63,250 bases of DNA, filler included, from 11 parts of 11 records of this genome joined end to end with filler, not necessarily neighbours in it; one strand, 5' to 3'; positions 35,733 to 46,951 are shown, counted from the first letter of the whole stretch. Translations and numbers: made by a program. Notes: generated from the sequence alone by a model not told the origin.

Positions 35733-37030
35733 TCACGCCGTCGCCTCTGGCTCCGTTTTCTCCTCGGCTGGTGGTGTATCGCCAGCCTGTGCGCTGGCAG
35801 GTACTGGAGCCTCACCGCTCGGCGGCAACCCTAGAGCCGGGTTTTGCTCTGCCTCAGGCTCAGCTGCCGGCTCCGCTGCTGGCTCAGGCTCAGGCTCCGC
35901 CGGCAGCTCGGCCTTGTACGTCGAGATTAGTGTGAGTGGAATGGCCCGGAACGGGTTCTCTGCGTTCAGCGTCCCGGATTCAACCATCTTAGCCAAGGTG
36001 CCCTGCTCCTCGCGAACGGCCATGTAAGCCGCCTGTGCTTCGGCGCTCTCCCATTCCTCGAAAATGAACATGGTCGCGCCTTTCTTGTATGATCGCATAG
36101 ACAGGATACCTTTCTGCGACGCGGTAAATGCCAGGCCGTCTTCCGACTGGGACCACGCAAGCAATTCGGCGTACTTGGCCTCATCGGCCGCATTGATCTC
36201 GACGGCAATGTGAAAGCCGACTTCGCCAGTCGTCTTCTCGCCCGTAATGTCCCACGGCACTGCATCCGTGAGCGAGGCGATATCCGGAGCCTCAAATTTA
36301 TCCATAACGCCAAGCGCCGCTTTGTCCAGCGGCTCCGGGGCCGGCTCGCCCTCAGCGGGCGGCTCCCCCGGTTGGCTGCGCTCGCCACGGAGTGCTAGGT
36401 AGGCTTCCTGCGAAGCTGGAAGATCCCACTCCTCAAACAGGTCTGCGCGTCCCAGCACACGCAACAACGGCACGCGGAGTCAGGGCTGCAGATTCTTTCG
36501 CTGCCAGCGCACGGCGGAGACTTGGCAACACGGCGGACGCACAGATGCCGGTCTCGGTCGTGAAGCACTGGACAAGGAGGCACCCGCTCTGACTCTTCGT
36601 GAGCGGGAGTCCGTCCTCGGTGTCGGACCATGCGATCCACTCGTCCACGCCCACCTTGCCGTCCTTGCACTTGATCTCGAGCGTAGACGTGTGCCCGACG
36701 TACCCGGCGAGGTATTTGGCCGCCATCCTCTGGTCTAGCTCGTTCACCTTAGCGGAGGCGGCCGCCGACGCCGCGGCAGCTTTCTCGCTGATGCCGTGTG
36801 TTTCGTCGAGCTCCTTGGCCTTGGCGGCAGCGGCCGCCTTGGCGGCGGCGGCCTTCTCAGACGCGCCCGTCTTCTCGTCGAGCTCCTTGGCCTTCGCTGC
36901 TGCCGCCAGCCTCGCCGCGGCGGCCTTGTCCGACAGACCATGCTTTTCGTCCATCGCCGCCGCCTCGGCCTTCACCACCGCCGCCCCCGCCGCAGCCTTC
37001 TCCGAGATGGCATACTTCGCGTCAGCCGCC
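35733..37030 (-). CDS. Protein with Ala/Lys-rich LEA-like repeats and two ABM (dimeric alpha-beta barrel)-like domains, 5' truncated
   Basis: Intron 36542-36443 yields TETGIYLFEEWDLPASQEAY; second copy MFIFEEWESAEAQAAY; both preceded by EDGL..T.SQ.G; repeats KAKELDE..G.SEKAAAA. Confidence 0.7.
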
Positions 37031-37300
37031 NNNNNNNNNNNNNNNNNNNNNNNNNNNNNNNNNNNNNNNNNNNNTTAATTAATTAANNNNNNNNNNNNNN
37101 NNNNNNNNNNNNNNNNNNNNNNNNNNNNNNGGTCAGACCCAGCGCTAGCACCGCCGATTTGTAGGCGTATTGGCGGCTGGATTTAAGCGGCGCCCCAAGG
37201 CGTGCCCACGAGCATCGCAGGCGGCCCCTGGGTGCGTAGATACGCAGGCTCCGCGGGTGGACCGGCCGGGTCAGCTTCGTCCGAAACAACCTCCCCGAGA

Positions 37301-39889
37301 ATGCATCCGCCGTTGCTACTGCTGGTGGTGGTGTCGATGTGCTTCTCTAGCCCGGCGGCTACCGCGGCTGCGTCCAAGCCTCCGCATGTATTGTTCGTCC
37401 TCGCCGACGACTTGGGCTGGGGCAACGTGGGCTGGCACCGCGAGACGCCGACCCCGGAGGTCAAGACGCCGAAACTGGACCAGCTTGTGAAGGATGGCAT
37501 CGAGATGAACCGGATGTACACCTGGCACGCGTGCTCGCCTACGCGGTCGTCGCTGCAGACAGGCAGGTTGCCTATTCATGTCAACGCGCACAACGCCAAC
37601 CCGGAGATCTACAACGCCAGCTCCGCCTCAGGCACGGGCGCAGGGATCCCGCGCAACATGACGGGCATGGCTGCCAAGCTCGCAGCCGCAGGATACAACA
37701 CCGTCTTTGTTGGGAAATGGGATGCTGGCATGGCGACGCCGCACCACACGCCAGCGGGGCGGGGCTATAAATCCGCGCTCTGCTACTTTCATCACGCGAA
37801 TGACTACTGGTCGCAACACGATCCAGCTGGTGGCAAAGGGGCGCCTTGCGCGGAGAAGATTGGCGTTGACCTTTACGACACAGCGCAGCCTGCTTGGGGC
37901 CTAAACACCAGCATCGTCCACCACAACTACCGAGACAACCAAGCGTATGAGGAAGTGACGTTCCACACTCGACTGTCGAAGGAACTCGCCGCGCACGACG
38001 CTACCACCCCACTGTTCATGTTTTACGCGGCCCACCTCGTCCACTTACCGTACCAAGTCCCACAAGACTATCTCGACGCGATGTCGAAAGCCGGAGGGGG
38101 ACCGATTGACAACTCCACTTCCGAGGACGATTCAATGCGTATGATTTATCACGCCATGGTTCACTACCTCGATGACGCCGTCGGTGCTCTGGTGGAGGAA
38201 TGGAAGGCGAAGGGGATGTGGAACACCACTCTCATGTGGTTTTGCTCCGACAATGGAGGGCCGATCTACGCCGGAGGCAACAACTATCCGATGCGTGGCG
38301 GCAAGTACTCAGAATTCGAGGGAGGCGTGCGTGTCAGCTCGTTCCTCTCTGGCGGTATGGTCCACCTTGCAAAACGTGGCTTGCGGTCGGAGGCACTGGC
38401 ACACGTTGCGGATGTCTACGTGACCCTCTGCTCTCTGGCCAAAGTCTCCGCCGTCGACGAGTGGGCGATAACCTCTAGGCTGCCGCCGGTGGACGGATTC
38501 GATCTCAGTGCGGTCTTTCTGTCGCCCAACCCTGCCACGGTCTCCGCCTCGCCGCGCCAAGTAGTGCCGCTCGCACCGCTCACGGGTGGTGATCTGGGAA
38601 ACCTCGAGGAATATGAGCGTCTACTCGCCACTTGGAACGCACGGCAACAACAGCAGCAACGTCGTGAGGTCACAGCTGTCGTGTCGCACGACCCGGCGAC
38701 GGTGCAGTGGGATGTGCACATGAACGCTACGTGTGGCGCCGATACCGGGAGCAAGATTAAGCCGAATGGCCACCTAGTAAACGTGACGCTTGCAGAGTGT
38801 GAGGAGCACTGTGGGGCGAATCAGTTGTGTAAAATGCTCCAGTACGCCAACCACGACCGCTGGTGTGGGCTGCACAACGCGACTTCAGCACCGATACCCT
38901 CGAAACAAGACGATAAGTTCGACTGCGTCTGCAAAGGCCCCTGTCCGGCTAGACCGGGCCCGTCGCCGTCACCTCCGGGGCCGAAGCCGCCAAAGGTGCC
39001 GATGTGCTACAGATCGCAGAAGTGCACGGTCGACCCGACATCTGGCTTCGAACCTTTTGCCGTGAAGAAGAAGCAAACCGAGTCCGAATGCTGCAGCGCG
39101 TGCGTCGCCCTGGTGAACAGCACGCATGGTGGTCCGGTCTGCGCGCTGGCCGTCCTCCTGCCCGACCCGGAGAGTTCTGACAAAAGCGGCTCTTGTGCCC
39201 TATACACTAAGTATGCTCTAGGTGCCAAGGCTAATAACCCCAACAAAACTGTCTGCTTTCAGCCGTCGGCGGACAACCCACCACCAGAGCCCGTAATCAT
39301 GGGTCAGGCTGGAATCGTTGTTGGGGATATGAAGCTTGTGACTGGGGTGCAAGTCAATATGGCGATCTTCACTGGGCCCCACTACCCGAACGCTTCGACC
39401 CCCCACGATCTGATCGACGGCAAGGTGCCAAGCTTTGGCTGCAGCACACCAGCGAAGCCATGGGGCTGCCTCTTCAACCTCTCGTCTGACCCGACGGAGC
39501 ACAACGATCTTGCCACTGCGCAACCTGCAGTCGCGAAAGCGCTCCTCCACACCCTGCGAAACGTCTCCCACACTTACTTTGACCCAGAACGTGGTGACGT
39601 CGACCCAGCTGCGTGCGCTCGAATGATGGGCCCGAATCACGGTTTCTTCGGACCGTGGCTAGAGATGGAGATGGAGATGGAGATCCCGGCGGCTGCTCAA
39701 GCCGACGGGGAGAACAGCAACACGGTGCTTGCCACGGCCGAGCTAACGCAGCGCGTGCCGCCGACGCCTACAACGACGCTGCAAGAGGACAGCGGGGTCA
39801 TCTACCGCCTGGAGATTGAGCTGGGTATGTTGGAGAAAGCAAGGAAGGAATGGGCAGGCAAGAAGCAGACGAATGATTTAAGTCAATAA
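37301..39889 (+). CDS. Secreted S1 (FGly-type) sulfatase, arylsulfatase B/I/J-like, with PAN/apple-like insertions
   Basis: Signal peptide; PHVLFVLADDLGW, CSPTRSSLQTGR (CxPxR), GKWDAG, SDNGG, NYPMRGGK, EGGVRV, LFNLSSDPTEHNDLA. Confidence 0.93.
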   Translation: MHPPLLLLVVVSMCFSSPAATAAASKPPHVLFVLADDLGWGNVGWHRETPTPEVKTPKLDQLVKDGIEMNRMYTWHACSPTRSSLQTGRLPIHVNAHNANPEIYNASSASGTGAGIPRNMTGMAAKLAAAGYNTVFVGKWDAGMATPHHTPAGRGYKSALCYFHHANDYWSQHDPAGGKGAPCAEKIGVDLYDTAQPAWGLNTSIVHHNYRDNQAYEEVTFHTRLSKELAAHDATTPLFMFYAAHLVHLPYQVPQDYLDAMSKAGGGPIDNSTSEDDSMRMIYHAMVHYLDDAVGALVEEWKAKGMWNTTLMWFCSDNGGPIYAGGNNYPMRGGKYSEFEGGVRVSSFLSGGMVHLAKRGLRSEALAHVADVYVTLCSLAKVSAVDEWAITSRLPPVDGFDLSAVFLSPNPATVSASPRQVVPLAPLTGGDLGNLEEYERLLATWNARQQQQQRREVTAVVSHDPATVQWDVHMNATCGADTGSKIKPNGHLVNVTLAECEEHCGANQLCKMLQYANHDRWCGLHNATSAPIPSKQDDKFDCVCKGPCPARPGPSPSPPGPKPPKVPMCYRSQKCTVDPTSGFEPFAVKKKQTESECCSACVALVNSTHGGPVCALAVLLPDPESSDKSGSCALYTKYALGAKANNPNKTVCFQPSADNPPPEPVIMGQAGIVVGDMKLVTGVQVNMAIFTGPHYPNASTPHDLIDGKVPSFGCSTPAKPWGCLFNLSSDPTEHNDLATAQPAVAKALLHTLRNVSHTYFDPERGDVDPAACARMMGPNHGFFGPWLEMEMEMEIPAAAQADGENSNTVLATAELTQRVPPTPTTTLQEDSGVIYRLEIELGMLEKARKEWAGKKQTNDLSQ

Positions 39890-40612
39890 GATAGTCTAAG
39901 TCAAGTGAAGGGAGTTAGTCTTATGGCGCTTAGACCAAAATCTGGTGTTCTACAGTGCAGACACTTTCATCTACAGCAAAGACAGCGCACATCATGGTGC
40001 TAGAGCCTCCACTAGCTACGTAGCTAAAACCTAGGAGCCCACAAATCGCGACCTCGGTGAGCAATCAATGTGACACCGGACATAAAGCTTGTGTCATCAG
40101 CTCCACCCCACTGCCGGGCAAGCCTGCCGCTTTTGTGGCTCCGTCCAACCTGCTTTAGCTCGGCTGTTATGTGCTGCGTTGTGCATTGTGCTTGGACGCC
40201 TGATTTTGACCCTCGGTGCTGACGTGTACGGTGCAGGGTCGCTGAGCAATACTAGCACTAGTATCTCGCGCGCGCGGTCGGTGTGCGCCGGAGACGGAGT
40301 CGCGTGCCCGCGCGCGCGCGCGCGCCGCGCGGCGGTCGCGACGTCGCACGCATGATCGAGGCGCTTGCTATCATATACCTTGCTTGCACCAGTCGCCATG
40401 CACTGCATGATCGCGTCCCACATTGGGAAGCTTCCTTGTCCACTCAACTTGCCCTTCCTATGCTATCGAGCGATACGTACGTAGTAATCCTAGCTAGGGC
40501 CCACGTAGCGGGCGGGGTTCCTGTTCTTCGTTGCGACGCACCCTCAGCGCCGGCAGAGTCACTACTATTGATAGTATGCGAGGCGTAGCTGCTGCATGCT
40601 AGTGGCGCGCGA

Positions 40613-41503
40613 ATGCAGCAGCGCGTGGAGCTTGCGACAACCGAAGGCGACGGCAGCGCTCATCGCAGCAGCCTCACCTTCTCGCCCTCTCGTGGCCGCT
40701 TGCCAGCGCGGGTGAAGCCGACGGGCTCAAGCCACAGCCCGGCGACGGCTTCCCATGCGTCGCTGCTCACGGGTGGCCCGGCCGGCCGCTCGAGATCGGA
40801 GCGGCGCGCGTGGGTACCGGTACCGGTAGTGGTGCATGGTCAGTGTGTCTGCTGTCGGCAAAATCGCGGTGTGGGCAACGAGATGCTGCTTTCGCGCTCT
40901 TGCGACTGTCGGGGGACTGCTGGGCTATTCCACAGACGGTGTCTGCTAGCAGCTGCACAGGCCGATCCGACGCAGTGGACAGCGTGCCCAGCGTGCGGAG
41001 TAGGCTGGCACAAGGAGCTCAACCTGAGCATGGCAACGGAGCGGTGGCGCTTGGTGGCAGATCAGCCGGAAAAGACTCCCTCACGTCTCCAAGCGGCTCT
41101 GCATCTGGCCCAAGCAATCGCGGAGAATGGAAATCTGGCGGAGGCTGTGCGCCTCGGGGCGCATACGCTTGCCATTTCCCGGGACACACATGGGAAGCAG
41201 CACCCACAGACGTTGTTGGCTGCTGGGCGTCTCGCCGCGCACATGACCGAGGTAGGTGACTTTGCGTCGGCACTGCCGCTGCAGATTGAAGTCTTGGCTG
41301 CGCACAGGGCACGCGATGGCAACGACAGTCCGGTTACGCAAGTCGCGATGCGCAACCTCGCTATCAGCTACCATCACGCGGGCAACAAGGCAGCTGCAGC
41401 GCTGCTGTACAAAGCAGTGCTAGACATCCGTCGGCGCACATTGCCAGCGGACCACCCCGACTTGCTAGCATCGACATTAGATGTTGACGAAATGGTGGCA
41501 TGA
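40613..41503 (+). CDS. RING-variant (C4HC3) zinc finger + TPR (kinesin-light-chain type) protein, putative E3 ligase
   Basis: CVCC...CDCRGTAGLFHRRCL...CPAC; HGKQHPQTL, RNLAISY, RRRTLPADHPDLL. Confidence 0.8.
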   Translation: MQQRVELATTEGDGSAHRSSLTFSPSRGRLPARVKPTGSSHSPATASHASLLTGGPAGRSRSERRAWVPVPVVVHGQCVCCRQNRGVGNEMLLSRSCDCRGTAGLFHRRCLLAAAQADPTQWTACPACGVGWHKELNLSMATERWRLVADQPEKTPSRLQAALHLAQAIAENGNLAEAVRLGAHTLAISRDTHGKQHPQTLLAAGRLAAHMTEVGDFASALPLQIEVLAAHRARDGNDSPVTQVAMRNLAISYHHAGNKAAAALLYKAVLDIRRRTLPADHPDLLASTLDVDEMVA

Positions 41504-41544
41504 CATCGTGAATGGTTGCAGGACATGTTTGTTGTTGCTTGAGT

Positions 41545-42062
41545 CGAGTAGCCAAGCTTGGCAACTAGCGCAGGCGAGATCACGATGCCCATAGCCGAGA
41601 AGCCGATTTTTTCGCAGTCAGATGCTACGTGCTCGTAAAAGAAGCGTGCCTCCGCAAGTGAGCCAGGATCGTGCTGCGCAATGCGCCCGCAGAGGGCGTG
41701 CACTCTATCGGTCACCCGTTGCGCCACACCAGTAATGCCGGACGCTGTGTGTGCTAGCCCGAAGATGATGATGCTATACATGCCAAGATACGCGCACATG
41801 GTGCAGAGCCTGAGCATGGCCAACAACTGGGTGCCAGCTGGAGCACGCGTGTAAGCATCAGCCTCGTCATAGACGGCAATAGCGCTGAGCAATGCGCAGA
41901 GCACTGCCACGAACTCCACACCGAAAAGGAACCAGCGAAAGGAAGCACTGAAGCCCTCAATCGTGCTCTTCATCTGCTCGTAGTTTTTGTACGCGCTTCG
42001 GATATCAATCGGTGCTGTGGCTGGGTTCCAGAGCTCAAAATTGTCGATCGCCTGGCGCAGTT
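41545..42062 (-). pseudogene. Fragment of a multi-TM protein resembling the C-terminal half of gustatory-receptor-like/DUF3537 7TM proteins
   Basis: Two or three TM segments followed by FFYEHVASDCEKIGFSAMGIVISPALVAKLGY; no clear start or last TM helix; upstream frame blocked by TGA. Confidence 0.35.
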
Positions 42063-42283
42063 CCCTGCCAGCAGACGCATAGAGCCACGTGACGGCATCT
42101 CATCCGCTGCGCTGGGAACTGTGCTATTGGTGCTGTTCAAGAGTAGATGCAAGTACATTTCGTTCTGCTGTGGGTTGTGGAAGTGCGACAGAGAAGTTCA
42201 GAACAGCGATGAAGAGGATGAAGAGCGGGGAGTGGCGCAGGTGCGCGGCCAACCGCCGGAAAAACCACTTTGGAGGGTATCAT

Positions 42284-44128
42284 TTATGCGACAAATAGGT
42301 ATGGGTGGTCGCTAAACTGGCCATATGCCCGCACAAGCAGCATCCAAAAACTATCGTCGAGCTGAGAACAATTTGCGAACGTGGCACTTTCAACGCAAAA
42401 CATCTTCTCAAATGCTCTATCACACAAGATGTCAACGACGTGCTGGACAACATCGCCATCCAGTTGGCTCTCAGGCTGCGACGCCGCCAGCACGAGATTT
42501 TTGTTGTTGCACACCTTGGCCCATGACAGCAATTGGTGCGCCCTCAACAGTGGCAAGCCATCATATTTCAATGTACCAATCAGAATCGACCGTGTGGCTG
42601 CCTTGTGGAAGTGGGTGTCCATTACGGATAACCTCGATTCAGACTGTGTAAAGGCAGACCAGTGTGAGCGAAAACCACCTCCTGCTACCGTGTGCAGGAC
42701 GAGCTCAACACCTTGGTCATTCGCAGCATGCGCATGCTGTCCGACAGTATCGTCGTCTGATAGGTTTTTTCCGTGGGCCACCAATCGTATCGCTTCGGCC
42801 ACGGAAAAGCTTGACTTCACACAAATATGCTTCTTGACCTCCCACAATGTCATGGACGGCGGCATTTGACATTCGTGTTGTTCTCCTAGGATAGTTTTGA
42901 CCAACACACGGACGTCAGTGTTTTCTTCGTCTGGCTCTGGCTCCGCTGCTGCGAGGACGCTTCGATGCCTCGGCAGCTGTTCCCGGGGCTCTTGCAAAGG
43001 TGGTTGTATGCCTGCATCCTGGGGCTCCGGCTGAGGTGGTCGTGTGCTTGCAGCTTGTGGCTCGTTATCCGCATCACCACATACATGGTCGTGGGCAACA
43101 ACGCCGGCTGGTGCTGTGCTCACACTCATCACGCCATTTTGGCTGCTGGCTCCCGTAGACCCAAATCCAGGCCTCTCAGGCTCGTCGGGCTCACCGAATG
43201 TTTGAGCTTCTGTTAATTGCACCGGCGACTTGTCATACGCAACGCCTAGCGGCTGAGGGGCGTCGCTAGATGGCACTGATCGAAGCGATTGTTGTAGCAA
43301 TTTGGTTGTCTGGGGTACTCGCAAACGCTCTGGCAAGCACGATTGCAGCTGGCTCCACCCGCTAGCATCCCGACAGACGACCTCCCGCACCTTGGCTGTA
43401 TACGCCACCGGATCTCTGCTGGCAAGCCCACTCGCATCCCCATTCCCCTGTATATTGTAGTCGCAGTCAGCAGGTCGCTGATCACTCATACCACTGTGCA
43501 GGATTGTCTTCAACTGCTCGAGCAGCTTAACCAGAGTGCAGGCCGGGGTCCATTCGGTAAGCATTGGAGCTCTCATGAATCCATAGCCAACTGAGCTGGC
43601 CCAGGCAACACAAGGGTGAAAAATCGGCGTATGTATGCGGACCGTGGGTGGTTTGAAGGGATAGACATCGGGGAAATCGATTTGCAGCAGGAAGAGTCCA
43701 CCTTCCAGCAGCGTCCCTGCCTCACCACGAATGCACGCAATTAAATGGGATATCCCGGACAGATCTATCGGAGAACGCCTAGCGTCGGCATCGGCCTCCT
43801 TCGCTGCCTTTGTCTCATCCTCCTGCTCCTTTGAGGAAGGCTCCTCGTCGAACATCATGTATGGCCATACATCGATCCCCTCAGGTTTGCCGGCAGCCTT
43901 CAACTTGATGTATTGCTGCATCTCCAGCGCGATGCGTTTTGAGCGCTGTCTGAGCGCTCCCGCCGTCCGAGCGCTCCCGTTGCTGTTCGACTGGGCGGTG
44001 CTCAAGTTTGTGACGTGGGGCATTACGTGGGACAATTGTCGACTTTCTCCCAGGTCTGCGGGTGGGGCTCGATTACAGACGTCGACACCCTCGGCTACCA
44101 GGTCTGGCAACGCACTTTTGGGGGGCAT
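42284..44128 (-). CDS. Ubiquitin-conjugating (UBC) fold variant fused to a ubiquitin-like domain; may be 5' truncated
   Basis: KRIALEM, IRGEAGTLLEGGLFLLQIDFPDVYPFKPPTVRIHTPIFHPCV, EWTPACTL; Ubl VLVKTILGEQHE...RLVAHGKNLSDDDTV...LHTVAGGG. Confidence 0.8.
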   Translation of the reverse strand: MPPKSALPDLVAEGVDVCNRAPPADLGESRQLSHVMPHVTNLSTAQSNSNGSARTAGALRQRSKRIALEMQQYIKLKAAGKPEGIDVWPYMMFDEEPSSKEQEDETKAAKEADADARRSPIDLSGISHLIACIRGEAGTLLEGGLFLLQIDFPDVYPFKPPTVRIHTPIFHPCVAWASSVGYGFMRAPMLTEWTPACTLVKLLEQLKTILHSGMSDQRPADCDYNIQGNGDASGLASRDPVAYTAKVREVVCRDASGWSQLQSCLPERLRVPQTTKLLQQSLRSVPSSDAPQPLGVAYDKSPVQLTEAQTFGEPDEPERPGFGSTGASSQNGVMSVSTAPAGVVAHDHVCGDADNEPQAASTRPPQPEPQDAGIQPPLQEPREQLPRHRSVLAAAEPEPDEENTDVRVLVKTILGEQHECQMPPSMTLWEVKKHICVKSSFSVAEAIRLVAHGKNLSDDDTVGQHAHAANDQGVELVLHTVAGGGFRSHWSAFTQSESRLSVMDTHFHKAATRSILIGTLKYDGLPLLRAHQLLSWAKVCNNKNLVLAASQPESQLDGDVVQHVVDILCDRAFEKMFCVESATFANCSQLDDSFWMLLVRAYGQFSDHPYLFVA

Positions 44129-44228
44129 NNNNNNNNNNNNNNNNNNNNNNNNNNNNNNNNNNNNNNNNNNNNTTAATTAATTAANNNNNNNNNNNNNNNN
44201 NNNNNNNNNNNNNNNNNNNNNNNNNNNN

Positions 44229-44372
44229 GCAGACAGGCAGGCAGGCAGACAGACAGACGCTGCACCGCCACAGCCACAGCCACAGTAGCTATAGGTGGAG
44301 CTCGATAGGAGCGAAGGCACAGGCACAGGCAGGCACACTACAGGTGCACGCCCACACAGGCAGGCACACTAG
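44229..44372. repeat. Simple/low-complexity repeats (CAGG/CAGA runs, CACAGC x2, CACAGGCAGGCACACTA x2)
   Basis: Directly visible at the contig start. Confidence 0.7.
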
Positions 44373-44530
44373 CTAGAGGTGGGAGCTTGATGTCCAGCCT
44401 CCTATCTTTAGAGCTGGGCGGGAGCTGGACAGCAGTCGCTAGATGGTAGCTCGACAACTAGCCATGTTGACCCAACGCACGTGTGGCTGTTGTACGGTCG
44501 CACTGACGCTCGCCGTGTGCCTTTTGTCGG

Positions 44531-46951
44531 ATGCTTGCTGTGCCACAGGTGGCGGGAGCGTCGGAGCAGAGCGCGCGGGCGATCGCCGAGACGCTGGTTG
44601 GGACCGTCGGAAATGGGTCTGGCGAGGCGGACCCGTCAGTGCTCGCGTGCAGCATGGCTTTGCTGGCGGACGCGACGGCGAACGAGCGGCTCAAGCTCGC
44701 GTTCCAGGCGTGCGATGGTGCCGACAGCGGCTTTGTCACGGTGCACCGGCTGTCGTACTTCATCAAGGCCTTCGGCGGCGTGCTCGTCGCCGCCGTCGAG
44801 TGCATTCTGGCGGCCACCAGCGCCGCGATGGGCGCGACGGACCCAAGCGCACAGATGACGCTGCTGCGGGACACTATGCCCAAGATGAAGGCCACGATCG
44901 CCTCGCTGTCGCGCTCCGCCAAGGAGCTGTGGTCGCCGCACGGGATCGGCGTGGCCGACTTCCAGATCTGGGCGTCCAGCAACCACTCTGTATCCGTGTG
45001 GGTAAAGCGGCTCGCCGGTGTGTGGGCGGGGCCGATCATGCGGCTGAGTGTGAGCGCCCCGCGGACGCCGCCCGACGCCCTGGCCGCCCTGAAGGGAGCG
45101 GAGCCCCTCCTGGCGCCTGAGAAGCTCACCGACCTGCTCTCGGGCGTCTGGCCTGGGAGTGCTGCGTCCCTGCGAGACCGCATGTTCGTGATGCACGCCC
45201 CGGAGGACGGTATCAACCTGCAGAAGAAGGAGGCGTCTGTATCGCTGATTCTGCTGCTCCAGAACCTCGAGCCACCCGCCGCGCTGGAGGCGATTGCCGA
45301 GATGCAGCACCAGGCTTCTGATGCTGAGGCGCCAATGGAGGGGGTGACAATCGACAGTGTCGTACAGGCAATGAGCACCTTGAGTCGCGAGGTGGCGGAT
45401 GGTCTGATCGTGTGCTGCTCGCTGCTCGTGGATGGACGGCCGCGCGGCGGAGTGTCGCGCCAGCAAGCGTTTGAGCTTCTTGACCCGCCCCTCAAGGAAG
45501 TCGGCGACCGGATAGCCGGCGCTGTGGTGGCCGAGGCCACCGATGCGTCATCTGGTGAGATCACGCCTGAGTCGTTTTCAAAAGCAGTTTCAACCAATGC
45601 CGACATGGTGGTCTGGGTGGAGAAGCTGCAGAGCCACTGGCCAAGTTTGGCCATGCTGTACTCGTCCACTTTCTGCAGAGCGCTGCGTGTGCGGCATGCT
45701 GCGCGTCGGGGTCTACCCTCGGCTGGCGGTAGCGGAGATAGTGGATCGCCTCGAGACAAGAATGTTGCAGCTTCGAAAATCCAGGCACTGGCGCGAGGCG
45801 CGACGTACCGGACCAAGATCAAGACTGCCAGCAAGGGTGCAGTCACGGTCCAGAGCTTCTGGCGGATGCTGAAGGCAAAGAAGGACGTGGAATCAATCAA
45901 GCAGCGCCAGGCCAAAGAGGACACGTGGGAGAAGGAACGCAGGCAACGGATCGAGCGCCTACATCGAAACGAGGCAGAGATGTTGGCCATGAAGCAGGTC
46001 CCTGCCAATGCTGTGGAGATGTGGTCGATGTCACGGCGCGTCGACGCGATCGTTGCTATTCAAGCGGCAGCGCGCAGCAGAGCAGTGCGGCGGACCATGC
46101 CGCAACGCCGACTGGAGCTTCAGCAGGCGAATGCCGCGCGCGTGCTCCAGAAATGTATACGTCGCTGGATGTCTGCACCTAAGGAGGCGGCCACGTTGCC
46201 TACCAAGATCCGTCGTGATGGCACGACCCTTCCGCGGCCAATCGCCAAGATGTCTGCAGAGACGATCGCAAACTGGCAAAATGTCATCCACAATCGGAGG
46301 CAACGGCGCCCACCGCTAGAGCCGAGTGAGCTCTGGGCCATGCGCCGCAATATCCAGGAGAAACTTTACGATCGGTCGCTGCGGCGGATGGAGTTTCAAG
46401 AGAGGAATGCGAATCGAGACCGGATGCTTCGTACGCATGTCTCAGTTGCGCCTGCTTTCACCTCCGTCTTCTCATCTCGTCCGATTTTCTGTGGCCACAA
46501 TGCAGGTACAATCCCGGCCAAGACGCAGCTGCTTATGGAGGCGGCCGATTTGAACGATCTCAGGCAGGACGCAGAAGAGTGGCTCCACCTGTTTCCGGCC
46601 CCGCCGCCGTCGAGGTTGCAGAACAGTCGCGAGTCACATGTCGCTTTCCGGTGCGCATGATGCCTGCAATTCAACGCGTGAGGAGTGGCAACTCTCTGAA
46701 TCGCATGTGGGTGTGCTCATCGTCGCAGGCGGGGTGCAAGTGAGCAACCCAGGGGCAACCACGGAAACGCTGAGGCTGCCGCTGCAATTGGAAACGATGG
46801 CACCGTCGCTGAGATGGACGACCTTTCGAGCCTTGGGCATCAGTCCTCACGTGCATCACAGGAGATGCTGCGACCTGTGATGTCGTCCGACCGCGACGCC
46901 CTGGAAGCAGAGCTCGAGATGCTGCGGAGACAGCTGTCCTCGACCGCTTAA
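44531..46951 (+). CDS. IQ-motif calmodulin-binding protein with degenerate EF-hand-like N-region; 5' end uncertain
   Basis: IQ motifs KIQALARGATYR, VQSFWR, IQAAARSRAVRR, LQKCIRRW; introns 46431-46505 (in frame) and 46651-46728; stop TAA 46949-46951. Confidence 0.7.
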
